Source of the DNA: Rhodobacterales bacterium RIFCSPHIGHO2_02_FULL_62_130
Lineage (GTDB): Bacteria > Pseudomonadota > Alphaproteobacteria > Rhodobacterales > Rhodobacteraceae
DNA length: 64,000 nucleotides
Assembly (NCBI GenBank): GCA_001828855.1
Contig: MHZT01000043.1
Coordinates: 753 to 64,752, forward strand
Direction of reading: 5' to 3'
The first letter of the stretch is position 1. Each line of letters starts with the position of its first letter. The notes below the pieces were generated by a model, which saw only the letters and a program-made list of their open reading frames with translations, did not search any database and was not told the DNA's origin. Below, one piece after another: positions 38,877 to 47,571 of this stretch. Both the position numbers and the translations under genes were made by a program.

Positions 38877-38951
38877 CGGTCAGTCCTGTGGGAGAGGGGG
38901 AAATGGGCCGGGCGACCTGCTGGTCGCCCGGCGTCGGTCCAGCGTGGGAGC

Positions 38952-40226
38952 TTACCGCTGGGCCAGCGTTTCCTTGGCCGCGGCGCGCACCTTTTCCATC
39001 ACGGCTTCCGGCGTCTCATCACCCGACAGAAGGCCCTGTCCCGCGGCGAGGATCACGTTGGCCGAGGCGGTGTCCATGTCCGTGTCCAGCCAGAGCGCCA
39101 TCCCGGCGGCATCTTCAAGCGCCTTGAGGCCCGCAAGAGTTTCCGGCGTGGTGGTCGCTTCCGTGACCGACCCAATCACCGCGGACGTCATCCCAGTCGT
39201 CGACACATACTTTGCCGCTTGTTCCGGCGAGGTGATGAAGTTCAAGAATGCCAGCGCCTCGTCAGGATGCTCTGTCTTGGACGAGATCAGGAATCCGTCC
39301 GGCGCCCCGGTCAAAAGGTCGTTGCGGCCCGCGGCACCTTCCATCGGCGGCATCGGGAAGAAGCCCCACCCCTGTTCGGCCACCGGGGTGTCGGCCAGCA
39401 TGTAGAACTCGACCAGCTCGAGATAGACCATCGCCGACCGGCCGGCGATGAACGCACCCCGCGCTTGCTGATGCGAGATCGCGTTGGCGCCGTTGTTGAA
39501 ATAGCCCTTGTCGCCGAAGGATTTGTACAGCGCCAAAGCCTCGACATAGCCGGGATGTGTGTAAAGCTGGTCAGCCGGAGCGAGCAGTTGATAGTCGGCC
39601 TGACGCACGTCGTCGGGAACCATCTTGGCGAAAAGGTCGCCGATGTAATGCGTTGCCGCCCAAGGCGCCTGGTTGCCGTAGGCGATCGGCACTTCACCCG
39701 CCGCCAAGAGCGCGTCGTTAAGCGCAATGAACTCGGCGAAAGTGGTCGGCACGGCCAGCCCGTGCTTTTCGAAGATCGCCTTGTTGTAGATCATGTATTT
39801 GCTGTCGACGTTCACCGGAATGCCGAACTGCTTGCCCTCGAACTGGAACGGCTCCAGCGAGGCGGCGGCGAACCGGCCCTGCCATTCCGGGCCCTTCAGC
39901 GCCTCGGTCAGGTCCAGCGTGCGGCCTTCGCGGGCGAACTTGCGGCCGAACTCGCCCGACCAGGAAAAGTAGATGTCCGGCACCTGGTCCGAGGCCATCA
40001 GCACCCGGATCTTGTCCTTGTAGGGTTCATCCGCGACGGCCTCCATCACGATGTCGATCGAGGGGTTGGCGGCTTCGAATTCGGCCACGGCGGCGTCGAA
40101 GTAGGCCATGTTCTCAGGCTCGGGGAACTTGTGCAGGAAACTGACCACGGTCTTGTCCTGGGCCAGCCCCGGCAGCGATGCCAGGATGCCGGTCGCCAGT
40201 GCGGTCACGGCGAGAAGGTGCTTCAT
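38952..40226 (-). CDS. Extracellular solute-binding protein (family 1, sugar-type)
   Basis: It has a signal peptide (MKHLLAVTALATGILASLPGLAQ). The length is 424 aa and it is the first gene of the 9-gene operon. Confidence 0.85.
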   Translation of the reverse strand: MKHLLAVTALATGILASLPGLAQDKTVVSFLHKFPEPENMAYFDAAVAEFEAANPSIDIVMEAVADEPYKDKIRVLMASDQVPDIYFSWSGEFGRKFAREGRTLDLTEALKGPEWQGRFAAASLEPFQFEGKQFGIPVNVDSKYMIYNKAIFEKHGLAVPTTFAEFIALNDALLAAGEVPIAYGNQAPWAATHYIGDLFAKMVPDDVRQADYQLLAPADQLYTHPGYVEALALYKSFGDKGYFNNGANAISHQQARGAFIAGRSAMVYLELVEFYMLADTPVAEQGWGFFPMPPMEGAAGRNDLLTGAPDGFLISSKTEHPDEALAFLNFITSPEQAAKYVSTTGMTSAVIGSVTEATTTPETLAGLKALEDAAGMALWLDTDMDTASANVILAAGQGLLSGDETPEAVMEKVRAAAKETLAQR

Positions 40227-40254
40227 CGAACTCTCCCTTGTTGGTTGACCGGAC

Positions 40255-40497
40255 TATACCAGTTTGCCCGGTTTGGTTAGCATTGGTATAATAGTTTCCA
40301 TACCAAGTGGACCAAGGCAACGGTTTTCTTGCCGAAGTCGGCGAATTCCCATGCTGCGCTGCGGCGTGACAGGGAAGAAGGTGGCTTTTCGTTTGCCCCG
40401 CGCGGAACATTGGTATAGTAATTTGGGCAAGTGGCCCCTGCTACCGGCGGAAAATCGGGCCGATTTCAACGCTTGCCCTGCTGTCGGTGTATACCAA
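40255..40497. promoter_or_regulatory. Array of five TTGGTATA/TATACCAA half-sites in the divergent region (candidate GntR/HutC operators)
   Basis: The sites are TATACCAG at 40255-40262, TTGGTATA at 40283-40290, ATACCAA at 40300-40306, TTGGTATA at 40410-40417 and TATACCAA at 40490-40497. The sites at 40283 and 40300 form an inverted repeat. Confidence 0.55.
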
Positions 40498-41298
40498 ATG
40501 CCCATCCCAGCCTTCATAAGCCAGGAACAGCGCCCCGGGTCGGCGCTGGCCCGGGTGCACTTGCTTTTGCGCAATCTCATGCTGGAAACCGGCATGTCGC
40601 ACGGCGACCGCATTCCATCCGAGCGCGAACTGGCCGAGCGATTCGGAATATCGCGCATGACAGTGCGCAAGGCGCTGAACCAGCTTGTTGACGCGGGGCA
40701 TCTGGAACGCCGCGGCACGGCAGGCACGTTCTTGCCCGAACCCGCAGTCGTGCGGCCGCTGTCCAAGCGGGTCTCGACGGCGATCTCGGAAGTCGTGGGC
40801 CAGGCCGGTCATAAACCCGGCGCGCGCCTTCTATTCTTCGAGCAGGCGCAGGCCGATGCAAATATCGCGCGCCGGCTGCACCTAGACGAAGGCGCACCGG
40901 TCATCGTGATCAAGCGGCTTCGACTGTCGGACGCAGTGCCCTTCTGCGTCGAAACCAGCTACTTGCCGCAGCACCGCGTTCCCGGACTGGTCGCCGCCGA
41001 TGTTTTCGCCGCGCCATCGCTTTACGCCCTTTTGCGCGAACGCTTTGGCATGACCTTTGCGACCTCGGACTTCCACGTGAGCGTTGCCGCCGCCCCAGAA
41101 ATCGAGGCAGATCTTCTTGGCCTTGCCCCGGGGGTTGGTGCCCTTGCCATGCGCTCGACTGTCTATGACCGCGACGGTCAACCGGCCGAATTCTTAATTT
41201 CCTGGAACCACCCCAACCGCGTAGCGTTCGAATCTCTGCGCGATGATGCAGGCCCGGTAAAGAGCGTTTTCACCGACTGGGCGAGTCCAACGCCGTGA
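40498..41298 (+). CDS. GntR/HutC-family transcriptional regulator (wHTH + UTRA-like domain)
   Basis: ATG 40498 starts the gene. The HTH is GDRIPSERELAERFGISRMTVRKALNQLVDAGHLERRGTAGTF. The length is 266 aa. Confidence 0.85.
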   Translation: MPIPAFISQEQRPGSALARVHLLLRNLMLETGMSHGDRIPSERELAERFGISRMTVRKALNQLVDAGHLERRGTAGTFLPEPAVVRPLSKRVSTAISEVVGQAGHKPGARLLFFEQAQADANIARRLHLDEGAPVIVIKRLRLSDAVPFCVETSYLPQHRVPGLVAADVFAAPSLYALLRERFGMTFATSDFHVSVAAAPEIEADLLGLAPGVGALAMRSTVYDRDGQPAEFLISWNHPNRVAFESLRDDAGPVKSVFTDWASPTP

Positions 41299-41331
41299 AG
41301 GCATGACAGCGAAAAGCAACTGTCCGCTTTG

Positions 41332-41497
41332 GGCCGAGGCTGTGTGAAAACTCCAATTTCGAGCATCTATGAAGAACAGTCTCCTCATGAGCCCGTCCGT
41401 GACGGCCCGCGCGGGAACGAAAGTTCGCAGTCACGCCTGCAGGAGAACGTCGTTCTGCTCCGACAATGCTGGACCGAGTTTTCACACAGCCTCGGCC
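41332..41497. repeat. Perfect 22-bp inverted repeat pair flanking 122 bp (MITE-like or large stem-loop)
   Basis: GGCCGAGGCTGTGTGAAAACTC at 41332-41353 is the exact reverse complement of the sequence at 41476-41497. It lies between the GntR stop and the coupling-protein stop. Confidence 0.7.
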
Positions 41498-41546
41498 GAA
41501 GCCTGCCCATAAGAGGATGCGGCGCGGGTCAGCAACTAAGTACTCG

Positions 41547-43391
41547 TCAGACCCGAGCGGGCACCTTCCTTCTGCGCTTGGCGCTCTTCGCAATTTCCTG
41601 AAACACCCGTGCCGCTTCTCCGAAGACCTCGGCATCTGCCTGTCCGGCGGACGCAGCCAACCCTGACAGCTTTCCGACAGGCGCAAGCCTGCTATCCGCC
41701 CCGCCCGTTTGTATTGTCGGCAGCGCCTTCCCCTTCCGTGCTCGATCAATCGGACCAAAGTGCCGATCCTCATAGTATCGGATGTGTCGCGCCCGGATCG
41801 GATACTGTCCCTCGGGCAGCACCAGCACCTCATCCAGCGGAAACCGCAGCACCTCGTTCGCCGAAATCAACGGCCGCTCCTCGGAACGCCTGCTGACGTT
41901 CGCGCTATCTTCGAGCGCCCGAACCCGCGACTGGCTTTCGGTCACGGCGGTGATGGTGGATCGGCCCAAGGCATTCGAGAGGACCTCGGCGGTCCGGTCA
42001 TCCTGCGGCGTCATATAAATCTGCACACCGGCCCCGCCCTGCAGGGACCTCCGCCCAGTTTCGCCATAGATGTCATCGAGGCCAGGAATGGTTTGGGAGA
42101 TGATGAAGAACCGGCCGCCGAAGCTGCGAATGGTCTTGATGGAAGAGAGGACAAGCGGCTGACGGCCAAGCTGGTCGAACTCGTCCATCAGGAACATGAC
42201 AGCATGGGGTTCATCATGCCCCGGCTCCCTGCGCTGCAGCGAGGCGATGGCATCCGCGAAGAGCAGACGGACGAGGGGGGCCAGGGTTTTCAGGTGCTCG
42301 GGCTGGACGACGATGTAGAGGCTTTGGGGGTCGCGGCGGAAGGTTGAGAAGTCGAAGTCGCTGGCCGAGGTCACGCGGTCTACCGCCGGGTCGTTCCAAA
42401 GCTCGAGACCGGAGCCTTGGATGACCGACACATAAGCCCCGAGGGTCTTTTCCGGGACGTCGGCCATTTCGAGAAACGTGCGGGAGACGATCGGGATGTT
42501 CGTGGTCTCGGCAATGGCCGTGTAGCTCTTCTTCTTGTCACCGCCACCAGCCATGATTTCACCGGCAAAGCCCAAAGTCGGGCGGCGCTGTTCAATGGCG
42601 TAGAGGCATGAGGCGATGAAGAGCCGCTTGCCCGCGTTGAAGAAGCTCTGGGCGCTTTCGCCTTCCGGGATGAGGAAGAGGTCGGCCATCGAGTTCAGCG
42701 CGGTGTACTGACGCTCGGCGGAGGGCAGGGCGGCGATCCGTGCGAGGGGGTTGAAGCGGTGCGACCCCCGATCTTCGTCGAAGGGCGAGAAGTACCAGAT
42801 ACCGTTCTTGAGCCCGTGCTTGCGATGGATGGAGGTCTTGGCGAAGTTCTCGCCCTTCACGTCGAGGATGATCGCCGAGCCCGAGAAGTGGAGGAGGTTC
42901 GGGATGACGAAGCCGACGCCTTTCCCGCGGCCGGTCGGCGCGATCATCATCGCGTGCGGGAAGCGGTCCGGCGGCGCCATCACAAAGGGCGCATCGGAAT
43001 TCGGGAGGCCGAGCTTGCCGAAGAGGAAGCCGTTCTGATCGTGGGTTCCGACCATGCGGTTGCGCTTCAACTCGCGGCGTGACTGGAAATGCGCATCGTC
43101 ATACTGGTTGAGACGGCCGCGATGGACCCCGGCCAGACCAACCAGCGTCAAGGCGACAGTCACGGCACCTGTGATGATCAGCGCACCCTGCAGAACCGAT
43201 GGCCGGGCGGCGAGGTCGGCCCAGGCATAGCGCAGGAACCAGGGGCCCATAGGGCTAAGCGTATCGAGGCTCTCCCGGAAGGCAGTAATCACATAGATCG
43301 TCGCCAGCATGCCGCCGATGTAGAGGCCGGTCAGCAGGCCAAGGAGCAGCGCCAGCGGATACCGCCATGCGGTGTCGAGGTTCGAAAGCAT
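41547..43391 (-). CDS. virD4: Type IV secretion coupling protein (VirD4/TraG family)
   Basis: It has N-terminal TM segments, Walker A APTGRGKGVGFVIPNLL, and FLMDEFDQLG (Walker B). The length is 614 aa from ATG 43391. Confidence 0.9.
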   Translation of the reverse strand: MLSNLDTAWRYPLALLLGLLTGLYIGGMLATIYVITAFRESLDTLSPMGPWFLRYAWADLAARPSVLQGALIITGAVTVALTLVGLAGVHRGRLNQYDDAHFQSRRELKRNRMVGTHDQNGFLFGKLGLPNSDAPFVMAPPDRFPHAMMIAPTGRGKGVGFVIPNLLHFSGSAIILDVKGENFAKTSIHRKHGLKNGIWYFSPFDEDRGSHRFNPLARIAALPSAERQYTALNSMADLFLIPEGESAQSFFNAGKRLFIASCLYAIEQRRPTLGFAGEIMAGGGDKKKSYTAIAETTNIPIVSRTFLEMADVPEKTLGAYVSVIQGSGLELWNDPAVDRVTSASDFDFSTFRRDPQSLYIVVQPEHLKTLAPLVRLLFADAIASLQRREPGHDEPHAVMFLMDEFDQLGRQPLVLSSIKTIRSFGGRFFIISQTIPGLDDIYGETGRRSLQGGAGVQIYMTPQDDRTAEVLSNALGRSTITAVTESQSRVRALEDSANVSRRSEERPLISANEVLRFPLDEVLVLPEGQYPIRARHIRYYEDRHFGPIDRARKGKALPTIQTGGADSRLAPVGKLSGLAASAGQADAEVFGEAARVFQEIAKSAKRRRKVPARV

Positions 43392-43401
43392 GGGACTGTC
43401 C

Positions 43402-45279
43402 TCAGAGTTCGTGGCCGGTGTCGCGTTCGACGGCGCGGTCGCGCTGCCCCAGTTCTGCGGCGCGATGCTGCGCCCGTGCCAGATCTGCCCAAGGTCCGAC
43501 CTCGCTCGATTGACCGAGGTCGCCCTCGTTCTTAAGTTCATGGGCGACGGCGGCCCGGAGTGCCGGATCTCGGACCTGTTCGTTGAGCGGGGCGAAATCG
43601 CCGGACCGAACGCGGTCGAGATCCTCGGGTTTCAGGGTATCATGGAGGCGGTCGACGATGGCTTCCAGCGCGGGCACCTCGGACAGCTTCATGTGGCGAT
43701 CGGCGCTCAGCAACTGGTCGCGCGCGATGGCCTCGGTCAGTTCCGGCGCGAGGTTGAAGGAGGCGACTTCTGCGCGAACTTCCTCACCTAGGGCGCGCTC
43801 CGTTTCCATCCAGAACACCTTTTGCATCGTGTTCGGCTGTTCAGTGATCCAGCTTGCCCGCTGACCTTCGCTGCGATCGGCCAAACTGAAGCGGGCGACC
43901 ATTTCCTCGACGGACGTGCCGGCTATGCGAAGCTCATCTTCCCGGATCGAGAACAGCGCCGTCAGCCGTTCGCCGATCTCGTCGCGAACATGTGCAAGGG
44001 TCGTGCGTAGACCTTCATCGAGGGTAACCCCCTCGGTCTGGCCCTGCTCCAGCCGCGCCAGCGAGGCGAGGGTCGGATTGTGATAGGGATCGGTGTTCCG
44101 ATCAGCAACCTGCGCATGCTCTGCCAGGAGGACGCTTTCTGGTGCGAGTTTCAGCGAGGCGCGCGCCTGCTCGGCAAAGCTTCGTTCAAGATCGACCCGC
44201 TCGGCCGAGGGTTCCATGGCACGGATCGCCTCCCAAGCTTCGGTGGCCGAAGCGATCATCTCGCTGCGCGCAGCCTCAACCCGTGCGGCGGGATCCCCTT
44301 CGGCATGAAGCGAGTGATCGGGCATCAGGGGAACTCCTTGTCTGAGAGCGGCGGCAGAAGCGCCAAGCGCTCGGGCCAGCCGGGAAAGGTAGGAAGAGGT
44401 GCCCGCCTCGGCGCCGGTTGTAGCGGCAAGACCAGCAAGGTCACCCAAGGTTTCGTATTCGCGAGCAAAGCCCTGCATCGCGGCGAGCCGTCGGCTCCGC
44501 TCCCCATCGGAAAGCGGCGGCGGGGCAGGGGGCGTGGCCTTGCCGCCCTCTCGCGACGCACGCAGCTCGGACTGGCGCGGCGGGTTCTCGATGATGCCGC
44601 GGGAAAGGCGCGACGAGGCGAGGATGTTCAGCCCATGCGACTGGCTGATCTCGGCGTGAAGTTCACGCATCACATCGAAGTTCAGCGCGGCATGGCGACA
44701 GATCGATAGGAAGCGGCCTTCCTCGATGCCATGCTTGTCGACCACGAAATGCGCATGCAGATGGTCGGTGTCCTTGTGAAGGGCAGCGACATAGCGCCAA
44801 GCATCCCCATACTCACCGGACCCGAACACGGCCTGACCCCATTCCCGGGCGATCACCTCAGCGTGCTCGGCGTCCACCCCCCGCGGAAAACTCAGAACGA
44901 TATGATCGGCGTGTCCCCGGCGTGGCGCACCTATCCAGGTCGAGGACCAGGTGTCCGCCGTCCGCTCCGTTCGCGCAGGATCAAAGTCACGCTCGTAGCC
45001 CGCCAGATTGCACCAGGTGCTCTGCACCCCCTCTTCCCGGGCCACATAGTCGAGAAGGCGCTTCAGCTCCTGCGGGGTGCGGGCACTCCCACCAGCGATG
45101 CGTTTGACGACCGACTGCCAGCCGCGTGGCCCACTCGCGTTGCGCAGAAGCGCCCGAGTCTGACGTTCTTTCCTGGTTCCGAGCCGGGACGATGAGCCGT
45201 CGCCACCGCCCCGCCCACGACGACGGTCGTCGAGAACATGACCGAGAACCAGATCCTCGACGGAAGGTGACCGGGTCAT
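43402..45279 (-). CDS. Relaxase/mobilization nuclease (VirD2/MobA-like HUH relaxase)
   Basis: It has the histidine triad HKDTDHLHAHFVV and an N-terminal relaxase domain (HIVLSFP). Its start overlaps the MobC stop (ATGA). Confidence 0.85.
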   Translation of the reverse strand: MTRSPSVEDLVLGHVLDDRRRGRGGGDGSSSRLGTRKERQTRALLRNASGPRGWQSVVKRIAGGSARTPQELKRLLDYVAREEGVQSTWCNLAGYERDFDPARTERTADTWSSTWIGAPRRGHADHIVLSFPRGVDAEHAEVIAREWGQAVFGSGEYGDAWRYVAALHKDTDHLHAHFVVDKHGIEEGRFLSICRHAALNFDVMRELHAEISQSHGLNILASSRLSRGIIENPPRQSELRASREGGKATPPAPPPLSDGERSRRLAAMQGFAREYETLGDLAGLAATTGAEAGTSSYLSRLARALGASAAALRQGVPLMPDHSLHAEGDPAARVEAARSEMIASATEAWEAIRAMEPSAERVDLERSFAEQARASLKLAPESVLLAEHAQVADRNTDPYHNPTLASLARLEQGQTEGVTLDEGLRTTLAHVRDEIGERLTALFSIREDELRIAGTSVEEMVARFSLADRSEGQRASWITEQPNTMQKVFWMETERALGEEVRAEVASFNLAPELTEAIARDQLLSADRHMKLSEVPALEAIVDRLHDTLKPEDLDRVRSGDFAPLNEQVRDPALRAAVAHELKNEGDLGQSSEVGPWADLARAQHRAAELGQRDRAVERDTGHEL

Positions 45280-45839
45280 TTCGGCAGCTCGGCAGACGCG
45301 TCAGTGGCGGGAACAAAGGAAGTGGCTTGTTCGCCAAGTCCCTGCTTGGCCCTCAGCGCCGAGAGGAGATGGACCACCTCTTCAACAAGGTCATCGACCC
45401 GCACCCCGACCTTTCGCACCAGGGCGGCATCGCGGGCGTTCCAGGTCAGACGGCCAACCGCGCCCAGACGGGCGATCTGGTTGAGGTTGTTGCCGATGGC
45501 CGACAACTCTCGCCTGGCTGCAGCGATGGCATCCAGCTCGTCTGCCTGGATGGCCAGACGATCGCTTGCCTGTCTGACCAGATGCCGGACTGCCTCGGAA
45601 ACCGTCAGACCGCTTGCCTCGGCAACCGCCTGAAAGGCTGCATGCTCGTCTTCCGTGATGCGGATGTTCAGCTTCACCGAAAGCCGCCGCACCTCCTTCC
45701 GGTCAAGGCTGCCCTTGATCCGTGACAGCGCCTGGCGGGAGCGGCCCATGGACCTCGCAACGGCCGCGACGCTCTCGCCAGCGAGGAGCCGCGCCGTGAT
45801 ACCGGCAGTCTCGGCAGAGGTCAGGCGTGAGCGTGGCAT
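45276..45839 (-). CDS. mobC: MobC-family relaxosome accessory protein with N-terminal HTH
   Basis: The motif LSAIGNNLNQIARLGA is typical of MobC. The N-terminal HTH is ESVAAVARSMGRSRQALSRI. Confidence 0.8.
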   Translation of the reverse strand: MPRSRLTSAETAGITARLLAGESVAAVARSMGRSRQALSRIKGSLDRKEVRRLSVKLNIRITEDEHAAFQAVAEASGLTVSEAVRHLVRQASDRLAIQADELDAIAAARRELSAIGNNLNQIARLGAVGRLTWNARDAALVRKVGVRVDDLVEEVVHLLSALRAKQGLGEQATSFVPATDASAELPK

Positions 45840-45910
45840 TGCATCATTACATGTGTTTTGAGGTCATCGCGCATCATGTACCACACACCACCGTTCCTGC
45901 CAACCGTCCT

Positions 45911-45970
45911 CACCGGCCGGTTTCCGCTCCTCTGAAGAGGGGCCCGCGTGCGGAAACCGGACAGCCGGTG
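45911..45970. other. Candidate oriT inverted repeat upstream of mobC
   Basis: CACCGGCCGGTTTCCGC (45911-45927) pairs with GCGGAAACCG-gaca-GCCGGTG (45950-45970), giving 17 bp with a 4-nt bulge. It lies 72-130 bp upstream of mobC. I could not identify a nic site. Confidence 0.35.
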
Positions 45971-46300
45971 AGGACTCAATATGGCGTCAGGGGTCGGCGG
46001 CTTGCCCGCCGACTGCGTCCCTGCGCCCCGGCCGTCAGGCCTCCGTGCAACGCGAGACCAAAGTGGTCGAGCGCCTTGAAACCTTGGGCTTTGCAGAAGT
46101 GTCCGGTCCCTCCATGAGGGCTGTTGGGACGGGCACGACAGTCTGAAGGAAGGGCTGCCCGGGAAGAGAAGGGGGGCCGGGGAAGGGGCCTCAAGATGCT
46201 TCAAGGCCTGCCCATTGCGGAAGATGGCCGACGATGAATGGCTTTGGGCATGAAGCCACAGGCTGGATCGGCGTAGCGTCAACCCGTCACTAGGCGAACT

Positions 46301-46467
46301 GGCAAGCAGGCCGACAGGCAAGCAGGCAGATTGTCCGGCATGCATCCGGTTGGCGGGTCATATTCGGGATCGTCCCTAGACAGAGGCCTGATGTCACCCT
46401 GCCTTCGGATCAGCCGTGCGGACAGGTTCCAACGCAGGCATGCGGCCTGTCACCTATGCAGGCATGC
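46301..46467. repeat. Short iteron-like direct repeats upstream of parA
   Basis: GGCAAGCAGGC occurs at 46301-46311 and 46317-46327. GCAGGCATGC occurs at 46434-46443 and 46458-46467. GCATGC/ATGCAT palindromes lie at about 46338-46346. Confidence 0.45.
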
Positions 46468-46806
46468 AGACATGCAAACCGTCATACGGGCCGGAAGGCA
46501 GATAGCCTCGATTGCGGCTAGGCCGAAGGAGTGCTCGGACGCCGCGCCGCAGCATCACGGCTGCGGGAATCCTTAGGAAACATGAAGGCTTCGGCGGTGT
46601 GTTACAACTTCCAGCACATGCCATTTGACGTTTCTGCAACCTTATGCCTAAACGGCGCACCGCACGTCGGTCGGATTAGTGACGCCTTTACAATGGCTTC
46701 GCTGGGTCTTGGCTTGCCCGCGGTGCACTGCCTTCCGCAGCGTCATGAAAGAACGCCGGGCGTCGGTGCAAGGGGTATCGAGTACCATTTGTGGAGGCGT
46801 CATTTC

Positions 46807-47571
46807 ATGCAAGTCATTACCATCGTGCAGACCAAGGGCGGCTCGGGCAAGACCACGACCGCCATGCTTCTCGCATCTGCAGCACTGAACCTCGGGCGCA
46901 GCGTCACCCTGCTCGACGGTGATGTGAACGCTCAACTCGGCCGTTGGCGCGACAGTTTCGAACTGGCCACGTGGGAGAGTGCGCAAAAGCCCGACTGGCC
47001 GGAGAGTCTGGCGATCCTCTCGCCACCGGAAAGTGTTGAAGGGCTTCTGTCGCTCCTCGAGGCCGAGGAAGCGCGCGGCGTCGATCTCGTCGTGATCGAC
47101 ACCCGGCCTGGCACCCACACCGACACCGAGGACTTCTGCCTGATCTCCGATCTGGTGCTGATCCCAGCCCGCCCCGTCTACGCCGAATGGGAAATGACCC
47201 ATCGCGCCGTCCTCTGGATGGACGACCTCCGCGCCTCGATTGCCGAGGGCGAGCGGTTCCCGGCGGTTAGGGTCCTCGTCATGGACGCGGGGCCGAAGAT
47301 CATCGACGCGGCAACCCGGGAAGGGGGAATGGCTCAACTGCCAAAGCGCGACCGGGACGTGCTGCAAGAGATCCTGAGTCTCGACCATCTCGACGTTATC
47401 GTTCCGCATTCGAGGATCCTCGAACAACTTGGCTATCACGGCCCCCTTGGACCGGCGGCCCGCGCCAACGCCAAAGCACCCGGCGGTCGGCTGGTGGCGG
47501 ACGCCATCACACGCCAGCTTGAAGTTGCGGAACTTGTGCTGACCGGGATCGACGAGGTGATCCCTGCATGA
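46807..47571 (+). CDS. parA: ParA/MinD-like partition ATPase
   Basis: ATG 46807 gives MQVITIVQTKGGSGKTTTAMLLA (deviant Walker A). The length is 254 aa. Confidence 0.85.
   Translation: MQVITIVQTKGGSGKTTTAMLLASAALNLGRSVTLLDGDVNAQLGRWRDSFELATWESAQKPDWPESLAILSPPESVEGLLSLLEAEEARGVDLVVIDTRPGTHTDTEDFCLISDLVLIPARPVYAEWEMTHRAVLWMDDLRASIAEGERFPAVRVLVMDAGPKIIDAATREGGMAQLPKRDRDVLQEILSLDHLDVIVPHSRILEQLGYHGPLGPAARANAKAPGGRLVADAITRQLEVAELVLTGIDEVIPA

Noticed and set aside
38118-40280. A 720-aa plus-strand ORF lies here. Similar long ORFs occur at 9133-10686(-), 10753-12522(-), 33469-35046(+), 35826-37400(+), 17614-18918(-) and 22387-23433(-).
   Set aside because: All are antisense to well-supported genes and have biased R/G/A/P/H composition with no recognisable domains. 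I treat them as high-GC shadow ORFs.
45821-46345. 174-aa (minus) and 96-aa (plus) ORFs lie in the mobC-parA gap.
   Set aside because: They are Ser/Pro/Arg-rich, have no RBS or motif, and overlap the inverted repeat and iteron-like repeats. The region is better explained as non-coding oriT/partition DNA.
46301-46467. I considered a possible CRISPR-like array, here and at the other repeat sites.
   Set aside because: There are only two copies each of 10-11-bp repeats, with irregular short spacing, and there are no cas genes. They are too short to be a CRISPR array.
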